A stretch of 64,000 bases of DNA, from the IMG/VR virus record IMGVR_UViG_3300025108_000015, positions 96,001-160,000 of that record; one strand, given 5' to 3'. Below the pieces are notes generated by a model, which was given only the letters and a program-made list of their open reading frames with translations, was not told the origin of the DNA and ran no database searches. Positions 1 to 8,350 of this stretch are shown piece by piece. A program made the translations under genes and the position numbers. The stretch comes from a virus. Position 1 is the first letter of the stretch; every line of letters starts with the position of its first letter.

Positions 1-141
1 GAAGACCAAGGGTTTGGTTCTTCTGATGGGACGTATATGTTAAAGGAGTTTATTGATTCCGTGATAGGGCTGGTTCATTGGAAGAATCATAAGAAAGAGT
101 ATTCTACTAAGTTCAACCCGATGTTAGAGGTTGTTAAATAA
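1..141 (+). CDS. hypothetical phage protein, 3' end only
   Basis: Frame 1 is open from the window start (EDQGFGSSDGTYMLKEFID...) to TAA at 139-141. Confidence 0.5.
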   Translation, partial: EDQGFGSSDGTYMLKEFIDSVIGLVHWKNHKKEYSTKFNPMLEVVK

Positions 142-150
142 TTTTGGATT

Positions 151-309
151 ATGAAGTATTGGAAGTATTATAAGGTGCCTGTGTTTTTTTCGTGGTTGTT
201 CAGAGTTAGAATGGAACGATTGGGTTGGAAGGTTACCAAGGTCTCAGGCGTTATACTATTAACCTATCGTGTGTCTACATATGATAGAGAGTTATATATG
301 GGGTTATGA
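151..309 (+). CDS. small hypothetical protein (52 aa)
   Basis: ATG at 151, MKYWKYYKVPVFF..., fills the gap between genes; below the ORF-track cutoff. Confidence 0.45.
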   Translation: MKYWKYYKVPVFFSWLFRVRMERLGWKVTKVSGVILLTYRVSTYDRELYMGL

Positions 310-368
310 TAAGAAATAACGATAATCTTTACATAGTAAAGGAGATGTGATAAGAAAATGGAAAGTTT

Positions 369-605
369 ATGACTGATAAACAATGGTCAGCTTTAATAAG
401 GATGACAAGGGGTGGGATACATTCAGTAGAAGCTTCCCTTGGAAAGATAACCTTGATTAAAAAGGATGATGGGTTTGACTTAGAGTATCCTTCCCATAGT
501 GTATCTTTGTATAGGGATGTTGATATACCTTCTACTGATGGTTATTATCTTCATTATATGTATAATGATTTATTTAATAAAGTATTTGACCACTCTTGTA
601 TATAG
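369..605 (+). CDS. hypothetical protein, paralogous to 728-991
   Basis: ORF track; N-terminus MTDKQWSALIRMT. Confidence 0.7.
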   Translation: MTDKQWSALIRMTRGGIHSVEASLGKITLIKKDDGFDLEYPSHSVSLYRDVDIPSTDGYYLHYMYNDLFNKVFDHSCI

Positions 606-656
606 TAGTATTTAGCTGATTTAATTTTATATCACTTTATTTAACACCAAAGACAG

Positions 657-731
657 ATGAAAGAGTTAATAATAATTACTTTGATTGTAAGTATGATGTT
701 TATGTACCTCACTAATAAAGAAAAGAAATGA
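657..731 (+). CDS. 24-aa single-pass membrane peptide
   Basis: MKELIIITLIVSMMFMYLTNKEKK; its stop overlaps the next ATG (ATGA). Confidence 0.45.
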   Translation: MKELIIITLIVSMMFMYLTNKEKK

Positions 732-991
732 CCTCACAAGAATGGAGTGCGTTAATTAGGATGGCAACATCCACATCCACAAATAGTTATAGTGGCCATT
801 ACAAGGGGATTCCTATTGAGGTAACGGCCAACACTATGTTGACACGAGTACGGCTAAATACTAACCACGACAATATTGTCCAACCTATGAGCTTTACGAA
901 AGATGGACCATTATTACCTTTGTATAGAAAGGTGTTTAAGGAATTGTATAGAGTATGGTATGATGTTAAGGTAGATAATTTACCATTTTAA
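728..991 (+). CDS. hypothetical protein, paralogous to 369-605
   Basis: ORF track; N-terminus MTSQEWSALIRMA. Confidence 0.7.
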   Translation: MTSQEWSALIRMATSTSTNSYSGHYKGIPIEVTANTMLTRVRLNTNHDNIVQPMSFTKDGPLLPLYRKVFKELYRVWYDVKVDNLPF

Positions 992-995
992 AGTT

Positions 996-1070
996 ATGAA
1001 AAGAATTAAAAAGTTATTAGTTGAGTATTGGAACCTATTGTTAGATGGGTATAGAGCAAATAAGCGATAG
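996..1070 (+). CDS. 24-aa peptide
   Basis: AAGTTATG start context shared with several other genes; MKRIKKLLVEYWNLLLDGYRANKR. Confidence 0.4.
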   Translation: MKRIKKLLVEYWNLLLDGYRANKR

Positions 1071-1107
1071 GGCAATAAATGAAAATTTATTTTAAACACA
1101 CGTTGTT

Positions 1108-1329
1108 ATGATTTTTAGGAGTGGGAAATACCAAGGTTACTCGGTAGACGAAGTTAGACGAATTGCCCCATGGTATATAAGGTGGGTTCAAGAGAATCGT
1201 CCTGAGATGTTACGTGAACGGACTCCTCGTAAAAAGACTACCACCAAAGTTATTGAAGACGAACACCACGACCATCCCGGCCGAGTTATCCAACCACTAA
1301 TACCGGCATCGTGGGACGAGGCATTCTAA
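1108..1329 (+). CDS. DUF3820-like small protein
   Basis: FRSGKYQG...PWYIRWV resembles the FGKYKG...YLxW motif family. Confidence 0.55.
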   Translation: MIFRSGKYQGYSVDEVRRIAPWYIRWVQENRPEMLRERTPRKKTTTKVIEDEHHDHPGRVIQPLIPASWDEAF

Positions 1330-1337
1330 TATACGTT

Positions 1338-1454
1338 ATGGATAACATCCTTCGTGGGTTAACTATAATAATGGAACTTACGTTATTTGGTTATAGTAGT
1401 ATTCATCTAATATCCAATCTGAGAAAGTATATAAAACGTAAACGAAATAACTGA
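1338..1454 (+). CDS. 38-aa membrane peptide
   Basis: MDNILRGLTIIMELTLFGYSSIHLISNLRKYIKRKRNN: hydrophobic core with a basic tail. Confidence 0.4.
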   Translation: MDNILRGLTIIMELTLFGYSSIHLISNLRKYIKRKRNN

Positions 1455-1509
1455 ACAAAGTTTTGGTTAGAAACTGAGGGTATCTTTAAATCACATTATA
1501 TTTATATAT

Positions 1510-2037
1510 GTGAAACGATTACTATACATAACTCTACTTGTGTTGTGTATTCCCTTCTCTATGAAATCTCAAAGTTATGTCAATCCAATCAAATCAATCG
1601 AACACGGGGTTTACACCGACCATAACTTCACATACCCATACACACAAGTGGGTATGGCACTACGTAGTGGGTTATACTTTGAGTTAGGTATGTTAGACCT
1701 ACCTACTGAAATTGATATTGGTTTTAATCAAACTATCCAACAACGAGCTGGTAGACTGGCTTGGATGATAAACAATATGGAAGAGCCAGTTGGATATAAA
1801 GGAAAACCTCGATATAAAGAATTTTACTATTCAGTTGGGTACGTTGGTCAATTCAAACGTTATAGAGGTGTTATACAATATGGATATTCAAACGAAGACT
1901 CTATGATTAAGATGTCAAATTATTATAGAGCAATAGATTCATCTCCTGGCCATCTCGATATTGGAGTACACTTACAATATGGAATGAGACGTAGGTTTTT
2001 ATTTATTGGGTACTCTTGGGGAATTCACCTCAACTAA
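1510..2037 (+). CDS. secreted, possibly outer-membrane beta-barrel-like protein
   Basis: Signal peptide ending SMKS-Q; alternating aromatic/Gly strands; C-terminal FLFIGYSWGIHLN. Confidence 0.6.
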   Translation: MKRLLYITLLVLCIPFSMKSQSYVNPIKSIEHGVYTDHNFTYPYTQVGMALRSGLYFELGMLDLPTEIDIGFNQTIQQRAGRLAWMINNMEEPVGYKGKPRYKEFYYSVGYVGQFKRYRGVIQYGYSNEDSMIKMSNYYRAIDSSPGHLDIGVHLQYGMRRRFLFIGYSWGIHLN

Positions 2038-2041
2038 ACAT

Positions 2042-2097
2042 TTAACAATTTCTTAACATACATCGTTTGGTAAATCCGACATTTATCCTTATATTTA
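2042..2097 (+). promoter_or_regulatory. Bacteroidota-type promoter with TTAACA-N5-TTAACA box (site 1)
   Basis: TTAACA 2042-47 and 2053-58; TTTG 2066-69; 20 nt; TATATTTA 2090-97. Confidence 0.75.
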
Positions 2098-2107
2098 CTA
2101 TGTAATA

Positions 2108-2413
2108 ATGAGAGAGATGATGAAAGATAGTTTTAAGTCAGTTACCGAAATGGCAAAGAGTGACATTTCAAAATATATAGGTGAGTTGAAGAAAGATGAA
2201 TCTACTGAGTTTAAGAACAACAAACATCTTCATAGGATTGGTCGTAAGTTTTCAAGTGGGAAATACAACTCACCACAATACGGACCAAACGATTGTTTTT
2301 TAGTTGGCGATACAATTTATCACGAGTCATATATCTACTCGACTGAAATGTTGTTCTCAAAAGAAACAAAGTGGTTAAACAAACAATTAGGAATTCACTC
2401 GGTAAATAAATAA
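2108..2413 (+). CDS. hypothetical protein
   Basis: ORF track; directly downstream of the promoter. Confidence 0.7.
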   Translation: MREMMKDSFKSVTEMAKSDISKYIGELKKDESTEFKNNKHLHRIGRKFSSGKYNSPQYGPNDCFLVGDTIYHESYIYSTEMLFSKETKWLNKQLGIHSVNK

Positions 2414-2416
2414 GTT

Positions 2417-2761
2417 ATGTCAGTATTTAAAAACACCAAACCAGTAAACTCGATTGAAGAGTTTGAGAATCAGTTAGTTAATCAATTGACTGCCCATTAT
2501 AAGGGTTGGTTTAAAAGTTATAATCCCACTTCGACTCCCGAAGTCAAAATCAACAAGGGGTCTAAGTTCTACAAGATTATCGTAGGAACTTCGGTATGGG
2601 GGTTCATCGCAAGAATCCCATTCGTTCACAAGGGTATCCAACTGAAGAAGGGTGACTTGATGAAACCTGCCGGTTGGTCGGCTGCTGCTAAACATTCTCG
2701 TGGTAATGTAATTGAAGGAACTGCAATGTACGGACCATATGGACCTATGTACCTAAAATAA
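2417..2761 (+). CDS. conserved phage hypothetical protein
   Basis: ORF track; KGDLMKPAGWSAAAKHSRGN motif seen in phage proteins; AAGTTATG start. Confidence 0.75.
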   Translation: MSVFKNTKPVNSIEEFENQLVNQLTAHYKGWFKSYNPTSTPEVKINKGSKFYKIIVGTSVWGFIARIPFVHKGIQLKKGDLMKPAGWSAAAKHSRGNVIEGTAMYGPYGPMYLK

Positions 2762-2767
2762 AAAGTT

Positions 2768-2947
2768 ATGAACAAATTAAAAAAGAAATTGTTAACAAAG
2801 TGGTTTATGGAATGGGTAAAGACTGAGACTGATGTCGAGACTCTACAAGCTACTACTATGTTTATTAGAAATCGTAAAGTAGAATTGGTAGGTGAGGAGA
2901 AACCACCGATTGGATTCCGTAGAAATAATTTGGAAATGTCAAAATAA
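2768..2947 (+). CDS. small hypothetical protein (59 aa)
   Basis: AAGTTATG start; MNKLKKKLLTKWFMEW...PPIGFRRNN. Confidence 0.55.
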   Translation: MNKLKKKLLTKWFMEWVKTETDVETLQATTMFIRNRKVELVGEEKPPIGFRRNNLEMSK

Positions 2948-2960
2948 TTTTGTATATTGT
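2929..2960 (+). promoter_or_regulatory. Bacteroidota-type promoter for thyA
   Basis: TTTG 2929-32; 20 nt; TATATTGT 2953-60. Confidence 0.65.
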
Positions 2961-2991
2961 AACAAGCTTTAACACTAAATACAATAACTAA

Positions 2992-3873
2992 ATGAGTATA
3001 GACACTACTTATAAAAACCTTTTGGTTGATATCATGTATGATGGTATCGAACGTGATGATAGAACTGGTACTGGTACTATATCTATATTTGGTGAACAAA
3101 TTAGATATTGTATGTGTAATGGATTTCCATTACTTACCACAAAGAAGATGGCTATCAAAACTATGATGACCGAATTGAAGTGGTTCTTAAAAGGAGATAC
3201 CAACATCAAGTACCTTGTTGACAACGGATGTAACATTTGGAATGGTGATGCTTATAAGAATTATAGAAATAAGTTTGAACCAACCCCATATCAATTTACT
3301 CCAGATACAATGGAAGAATTCATCAACAAAATCAAAACTGATGCTGAATTTGCAAATGAGAATGGTGAGTTAGGTCCTATCTATGGAAAGCAATGGAGAG
3401 ATTGGAATGGTAAAGACCAAATCCAAAATCTAATCAACGACCTTAAAACAAATCCTAATAGCAGACGACTAATGGTATCTGCTTGGAACGTAGGTGAGTT
3501 GGATGATGTGGTTCTACCACCTTGTCATTATGGATTCCAATGTTATGTATCAGAAGGTAAACTATCACTAATGTGGAATCAGAGAAGTGTGGATACATTC
3601 CTTGGTCTACCATTCAACATTGCATCATATGGTACATTACTCCTACTACTATGTGAGGAGACTGGATACAAGCCAGGTGATTTGATTGGTAATCTTGGGG
3701 ATGTACATTTATATAAAAATCATATAGATGCCGCTAAGACTTTAATTCAAAGAGATGATATGAGTATACCAAAGTTAAAGTTGAGTAATGTAGATATTCT
3801 AAATGGTGAGTTCGATTATGAAGTTATCGGATATGAATCACATCCACCTATTAAAGCTCCATTAAGTAATTAA
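2992..3873 (+). CDS. thyA: thymidylate synthase
   Basis: DDRTGTGT, catalytic LPPCH, QRSVDTFLGLPFNIASY, GDVHLYKNH. Confidence 0.97.
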   Translation: MSIDTTYKNLLVDIMYDGIERDDRTGTGTISIFGEQIRYCMCNGFPLLTTKKMAIKTMMTELKWFLKGDTNIKYLVDNGCNIWNGDAYKNYRNKFEPTPYQFTPDTMEEFINKIKTDAEFANENGELGPIYGKQWRDWNGKDQIQNLINDLKTNPNSRRLMVSAWNVGELDDVVLPPCHYGFQCYVSEGKLSLMWNQRSVDTFLGLPFNIASYGTLLLLLCEETGYKPGDLIGNLGDVHLYKNHIDAAKTLIQRDDMSIPKLKLSNVDILNGEFDYEVIGYESHPPIKAPLSN

Positions 3874-3884
3874 GTAAAATAGAT

Positions 3885-4043
3885 ATGACACACGAACAAG
3901 AAATTGAAGAAATCTTAATCGAGGCCCACGCTCATGGTATGAGGGATGAGGTAATGGAATGGGCTAAAAAGGAAATGGAAGCGAATCATAAATTAAGTAG
4001 AGTTGATGCATACCATCAAGGATACTTAGAATTTTGTAAATAA
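3885..4043 (+). CDS. small hypothetical protein (52 aa)
   Basis: MTHEQEIEEILIEAHAHGMR...; fills the gap after thyA. Confidence 0.6.
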   Translation: MTHEQEIEEILIEAHAHGMRDEVMEWAKKEMEANHKLSRVDAYHQGYLEFCK

Positions 4044-4044
4044 G

Positions 4045-4140
4045 ATGTTAGAATACGCAATATTTATCCCGATGATTACAATTGGTTTGATAGGAGGATA
4101 TCAAATGTATTTAGATTATAAAGATAGTTGTAATAACTAA
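4045..4140 (+). CDS. 31-aa membrane peptide
   Basis: MLEYAIFIPMITIGLIGGYQMYLDYKDSCNN; starts 1 nt after the previous stop. Confidence 0.5.
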   Translation: MLEYAIFIPMITIGLIGGYQMYLDYKDSCNN

Positions 4141-4150
4141 AGAAACGCAA

Positions 4151-4354
4151 ATGGAAGAATTTGGTTATAGAAAGTCTCTATTGGATAGAGATAACATTGA
4201 CTTGTTTATAGTAGATGATGAAAATCAAGAAATTATAGCCGAAGTGTTGTTGGAAGAAAACGGATGGGTTGATACACCAACGAACTCAGCTGAATTACCT
4301 AAACTACAACCTTGGCAAGAAGAGATACTGAATAAAGAAATAACTCATGACTAG
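4151..4354 (+). CDS. hypothetical protein
   Basis: ORF track; tight operon packing. Confidence 0.65.
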   Translation: MEEFGYRKSLLDRDNIDLFIVDDENQEIIAEVLLEENGWVDTPTNSAELPKLQPWQEEILNKEITHD

Positions 4355-4661
4355 CGAAAAGAAATACTATGCTGTTGTTAAAGTTCGTAAAGCTGAACTT
4401 ATAAGACCAACCGAGTCACAACTTATGTCGTATTATATGGACTATGGATATAATAATGTAGATGAGGTAGTAGATGATTATGGTAGTCTTGAGGAAGTGT
4501 TACGTGAATGGTACAATAATACGAATTACTTAAATGAGTTCACTGAACACCAACAACAATCTAACATATTTGGAATTGATTGGGATTCCGAATGGGAGCA
4601 GGTTGATATAATTGAAAAAGAGAATTGGGAGTCTATATACAATAGTACATATGTTTCTTAG
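4347..4661 (+). CDS. acidic hypothetical protein
   Basis: ORF track; overlaps its neighbours. Confidence 0.7.
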   Translation: MTSEKKYYAVVKVRKAELIRPTESQLMSYYMDYGYNNVDEVVDDYGSLEEVLREWYNNTNYLNEFTEHQQQSNIFGIDWDSEWEQVDIIEKENWESIYNSTYVS

Positions 4662-4857
4662 TTTATTAAAATGGTATGTCATAGTTGGTGTTATCAATTT
4701 AGCTATAATTGATTTCTTTACCAACAAAGTATCTGAGATACGAGGTACGGCTGGTTTGAGCAATCTTGAACGAGTGGTTATACTTTGTGGTTGGCCGGTT
4801 TTCTCTACCATATTCTGGTATAATTTTATAAAATCATTTACGAAAAAAGATGACTAA
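4651..4857 (+). CDS. small two-TM membrane protein
   Basis: Start moved to ATG 4651; two hydrophobic segments. Confidence 0.6.
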   Translation: MFLSLLKWYVIVGVINLAIIDFFTNKVSEIRGTAGLSNLERVVILCGWPVFSTIFWYNFIKSFTKKDD

Positions 4858-5389
4858 GACTTTTTTAGAAATAGGTTCATGTGATTTTGATACACTATCA
4901 TATATGTCGTTCCATGGTTGGCATGGTGTGGTCATGGAACCTATACCAAAATACTTTAACAATATAAAGTTCGAAGAAAACATACACTATGTAAATGCAG
5001 CAATATACCCAACTGATGGGTTGGCTACTATGTATATGGCTAGCGATGAGGTTATAGAAAAAGATTCAGACTTCAAAGGTATGAGTACCTTACTCGAAAA
5101 CTCTAATGTAAATCTTACTATACCGATTGAGGTTAGAACCATGTGCTTTGATACGTTGTTTAAATTAACCAATATTGATGAAATTGATTATCTAAAAATA
5201 GATACTGAGGGTTATGATGGTGAAGTACTACGTATGTTCCCATGGCACCGATGTAAACCTAAATACATAAAGTTTGAATCCGAACATCTTGTTTTAAATG
5301 GATGGGAAGCTGATATAATGGAGTTATTAAAAGTCAATGGGTATCACGTGGAGATTGATGAACGTAATTGGTACGCTATAAAACTTTAA
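4850..5389 (+). CDS. FkbM-family SAM-dependent methyltransferase
   Basis: FLEIGSCDF, VMEPIP, IDYLKIDTEGYD motifs. Confidence 0.9.
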   Translation: MTKTFLEIGSCDFDTLSYMSFHGWHGVVMEPIPKYFNNIKFEENIHYVNAAIYPTDGLATMYMASDEVIEKDSDFKGMSTLLENSNVNLTIPIEVRTMCFDTLFKLTNIDEIDYLKIDTEGYDGEVLRMFPWHRCKPKYIKFESEHLVLNGWEADIMELLKVNGYHVEIDERNWYAIKL

Positions 5390-5440
5390 CAATTTAGTAA
5401 CAATCTAATTTTGCAGTTTAAAATATTATTCGTATATTGG
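5386..5440 (+). promoter_or_regulatory. promoter with TTAACA-N5-GTAACA box (site 2)
   Basis: TTAACA 5386-91; GTAACA 5397-402; TTTG 5410-13; 19 nt; TATATTGG 5433-40. Confidence 0.7.
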
Positions 5441-5462
5441 TAGAGATAAACATTGAAGAAAT

Positions 5463-5792
5463 ATGAAATATAATAAAATCACAAATGAAAAATCAGCACT
5501 TGAATTAGTTGGTAACACTTCTCTAAAGGACCGATTGATTGGTTGGAACTACAAACAACTCGTTGCCACCTTTGGTGACCCAACATTCTCAAACGAAAGT
5601 GGTGATGGTAAGATTCAAAAAGAATGGGTATTCCAACGTACCTCAGATGGTGAAATATTTACTATCTACGATTGGAAGACGTATGATACCGAATACACTA
5701 CTACTATGAACTCTGATTGGAACGTTGGTGGTAAAACATATGCTGGTGATTTTGTCATTGATTTAATAACTGAACTTAAAAAGAAAAACTAA
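5463..5792 (+). CDS. hypothetical phage protein
   Basis: ORF track; FTIYDWK...WNVGG motif. Confidence 0.75.
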   Translation: MKYNKITNEKSALELVGNTSLKDRLIGWNYKQLVATFGDPTFSNESGDGKIQKEWVFQRTSDGEIFTIYDWKTYDTEYTTTMNSDWNVGGKTYAGDFVIDLITELKKKN

Positions 5793-5793
5793 T

Positions 5794-5955
5794 ATGAGTA
5801 AGTATTCATTTTATTCAATTGACGATTCGACTAAAGAATCGATTTATACGTGTGACGCATCCTCATTAGAAGAAGCACGAAGTGTATTTGCCAAAGGTAA
5901 GTTATTAGAATTAGAGGTTTTTGATAAATTGTACTCAGTTAAAAAGTGTGGATAG
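5794..5955 (+). CDS. small hypothetical protein (53 aa)
   Basis: MSKYSFYSIDDSTKESIYTC...; fills the gap exactly. Confidence 0.6.
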   Translation: MSKYSFYSIDDSTKESIYTCDASSLEEARSVFAKGKLLELEVFDKLYSVKKCG

Positions 5956-5956
5956 T

Positions 5957-6712
5957 ATGACGATAGATAAAGTCTATATAATTACAATTGACCAATCCGC
6001 TGATAATTATAATAGTATCTTAAAAAGATTGAACGCGTTATCCTTACCTAATCACACAACGTACCATATAATTGATGGTGTAAATGGTCGTGAAGAATTA
6101 TCTACCGATGAACTTAGAGATAGTCATGGTGTGAGTTTCTATAAAGATTGGGTTGCCAATTCCGAATCAAATGGTAATTCATTTTACAATAGAAATGTTA
6201 CTGTTGGTGAGGCTGGTGGTATGTGTTCTCATATAAGAGTATGGGAAGATGCATATAAGAACGGACATGAAACTATACTGATATTAGAAGATGACTTCGA
6301 GCCCATTACGGAGTTTCCATGGGAATCATTTGATGAACTCCAAGACTATGATTGGGATTTAGCTTTCTTATCAAGAACGTTAGTACCTAATATGGATGGG
6401 GTTAGTGATAGTAATGTGGGGTTGGCTAATTGGGTAAGTCCTGGTTATTCATATAACACACATTCATATGTAATTACACGTGAAGGACTACGTAAGATTA
6501 TAGAATATAATTTAGATACATTAAAAAATAATATAATAGTATCAGATGAATTCTTACCATCTACATACACCTATCACCCAAGACAAGATATGCGTACTAT
6601 GTTTAAACGTAATATGAACGCTATCGCACACAAGGTGAGTTTAGTTGGTCAAACTCGATTTGAATCAGCCGGCAACTCATTAACCGAACCAATTGAAGGT
6701 ATAGATTATTAA
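5957..6712 (+). CDS. glycosyltransferase family 25
   Basis: VYIITID, IIDGVNG, GEAGGMCSHIRVW, ILILEDDF; start moved to ATG 5957. Confidence 0.88.
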   Translation: MTIDKVYIITIDQSADNYNSILKRLNALSLPNHTTYHIIDGVNGREELSTDELRDSHGVSFYKDWVANSESNGNSFYNRNVTVGEAGGMCSHIRVWEDAYKNGHETILILEDDFEPITEFPWESFDELQDYDWDLAFLSRTLVPNMDGVSDSNVGLANWVSPGYSYNTHSYVITREGLRKIIEYNLDTLKNNIIVSDEFLPSTYTYHPRQDMRTMFKRNMNAIAHKVSLVGQTRFESAGNSLTEPIEGIDY

Positions 6713-6715
6713 ATT

Positions 6716-7033
6716 ATGAATGAACAAGAACTACACAAACTATTAGAGATTCAATACCTAAAAGGTCGTATTGATGAACTACATAAAGCAATACCAACTG
6801 TAACTGATTTGAGTCGTAGTCGTAAGTTAGACCAACGATTGGATAAGTACTACAACAAGTTAAAGTCAATTGATGAGATGGCATATCACTTGTATCAAGT
6901 AGAGCATACTAATCAACAAATTTCAAAAAAGAAATCTAAAGATTTTATGAAAGAACTTTTGGAAAAAGTGATACCACATATTAGTAATAGTGGGTTGGTG
7001 CATGAAATAGAAAATCAAATATCTAAATATTAA
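6716..7033 (+). CDS. hypothetical coiled-coil protein
   Basis: ORF track. Confidence 0.7.
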   Translation: MNEQELHKLLEIQYLKGRIDELHKAIPTVTDLSRSRKLDQRLDKYYNKLKSIDEMAYHLYQVEHTNQQISKKKSKDFMKELLEKVIPHISNSGLVHEIENQISKY

Positions 7034-7036
7034 GTT

Positions 7037-7411
7037 ATGTCTGAAAAGATTTATGTCCGTAAAGTAGAGACTTGGACAATCTCATCGGCAAGTGAACCTA
7101 TTGAGGTTAACGTAGAAGCGCTTCGTAAATGTGAACCCCCATACGAAGGAGACTCTGACCAAGAGTTAGTTAACTATCTTCAAAACAACGTATTCATGGA
7201 GTATGAGTTCTACGAAAACGAAACCAACATCGAGGCGTATGGTGAAGATGCTGTTTTTGACTTGGTTATGGAAGAGGCATATGTAGACAATGAGTTCTTT
7301 GATTCACGTAATAAGGGTGAAGAGTCGAGTCTTCAGATAGGTATTCCCGATGAGGAGTGGTCAAAGTATGGTGGTTTCCAACCATTAGCAAACGGAGAAT
7401 ACGAATATTAA
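7037..7411 (+). CDS. acidic hypothetical protein
   Basis: ORF track; AAGTTATG start. Confidence 0.7.
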   Translation: MSEKIYVRKVETWTISSASEPIEVNVEALRKCEPPYEGDSDQELVNYLQNNVFMEYEFYENETNIEAYGEDAVFDLVMEEAYVDNEFFDSRNKGEESSLQIGIPDEEWSKYGGFQPLANGEYEY

Positions 7412-7419
7412 ATAGGGTA

Positions 7420-7493
7420 GGACTCGTAGCTCAGCTGGATAGAGCATCTGCCTTCTAAGCAGACGGTCATAGGTTCGAATCCTATCGGGTTCA
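7420..7493 (+). tRNA. trnR: tRNA-Arg(UCU)
   Basis: Cloverleaf: GGACTCG/CGGGTTC acceptor, anticodon loop CTTCTAA, TTCGAAT T-loop; no encoded CCA. Confidence 0.95.
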
Positions 7494-7585
7494 CATAGAG
7501 TGGGTAAAAAGTTTAGTACACCTCTGCAGGGGTAAATGTAAGTTACTATTAATAGGACTACGTATCCTAACGACTACTCTTATTT

Positions 7586-7657
7586 GCTCGGTTCGTCTAT
7601 CGGTTAGGACCTATGGTTTTCATCCATAAAAGAGGGGTTCGATTCCCCTACCGAGTA
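7586..7657 (+). tRNA. trnE: tRNA-Glu(UUC)
   Basis: GCTCGGT/ACCGAGT acceptor; TATGG-TTTTCAT-CCATA; TTCGATT T-loop. Confidence 0.93.
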
Positions 7658-7661
7658 CAAT

Positions 7662-7732
7662 TGTCCGATGGTGTAATGGCAACACTTCTGTTTTTGGTAC
7701 AGACATTCAAGGTTCGAGTCCTTGTCGGATAA
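7662..7732 (+). tRNA. trnQ: tRNA-Gln(UUG)
   Basis: TGTCCGA/TCGGATA acceptor; TCTGT-TTTTGGT-ACAGA; TTCGAGT T-loop. Confidence 0.93.
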
Positions 7733-7785
7733 CTAAGTTTACTAAAGTTGAGTAGACTATTTATTTAAAATTAAATTACAAAGTC

Positions 7786-8043
7786 ATGAGTAAAATTTCA
7801 AGAAGATTATTCCAAGCATTGGAATCAAAATATACGGCAGAGATTATGGATGCAAGAGCACGTATCTCTATCTACTTTGAAAATCCGGTAGCTATCGGAG
7901 AACACCCACAACATACTGAAGAGATTGATTTGTTAGTATCACAGTTGACTGATGCTACTGATAAACTATCTACACTACGTGATAACTTTGGCCAAGAGTA
8001 TGGTGAGTTTGATGATAACGACAAACAAGTATTAAAGGGATAA
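7786..8043 (+). CDS. conserved phage hypothetical protein inside the tRNA cluster
   Basis: IYFENPVAIGEHPQ motif recognisable from T4-like phage proteins. Confidence 0.75.
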   Translation: MSKISRRLFQALESKYTAEIMDARARISIYFENPVAIGEHPQHTEEIDLLVSQLTDATDKLSTLRDNFGQEYGEFDDNDKQVLKG

Positions 8044-8052
8044 TATCCGCTA

Positions 8053-8137
8053 GGAAGATTGGCAGAGTGGTCGATTGCACTGGTCTTGAAAACCAGCGTA
8101 CAGCAATGTACCATAGGTTCGAATCCTATATCTTCCG
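8053..8137 (+). tRNA. trnS: tRNA-Ser(UGA)
   Basis: GGAAGAT/ATCTTCC acceptor; CTGGT-CTTGAAA-ACCAG; long variable arm; G73. Confidence 0.95.
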
Positions 8138-8166
8138 CAATTCGCAGTCAAGTATTTTATATTTTA

Positions 8167-8198
8167 TTTGTTTTATTCAAAAAATTGTTGTATATTGT
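8167..8198 (+). promoter_or_regulatory. promoter for the Gly tRNA unit
   Basis: TTTG 8167-70; 20 nt; TATATTGT 8191-98; first tRNA begins at 8211. Confidence 0.7.
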
Positions 8199-8210
8199 AT
8201 AAACAATAAC

Positions 8211-8282
8211 GCGGGAGAAGACTTAAAAGAAAGTCGTCTATCATCCAGATAGAAGGTGTTGGGGCAGTACCAACCTCCCGCT
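8211..8282 (+). tRNA. non-canonical tRNA-Gly(UCC)-like RNA, copy 1
   Basis: All four stems are perfect Watson-Crick; GCGGGAG/CTCCCGC plus U73; anticodon loop CATCCAG (A33); T-loop GGCAGTA; A8. Confidence 0.85.
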
Positions 8283-8350
8283 CAAAGAGAATGGTTAAAG
8301 ATTGGGATAAGGCCGCTCAATTTAAGCTACCGGTTATCATTCTCTATAAT

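Noticed and set aside
1462-1488. TTTG...TATCTTTA as a promoter
   Set aside because: The spacer is about 15 nt, against 19-20 nt at all accepted sites.
7497-7580. tRNA-Cys(GCA) call
   Set aside because: No 5-bp stem with a 7-nt anticodon loop, no TTC loop, and the T-like arm is not adjacent to the acceptor strand.
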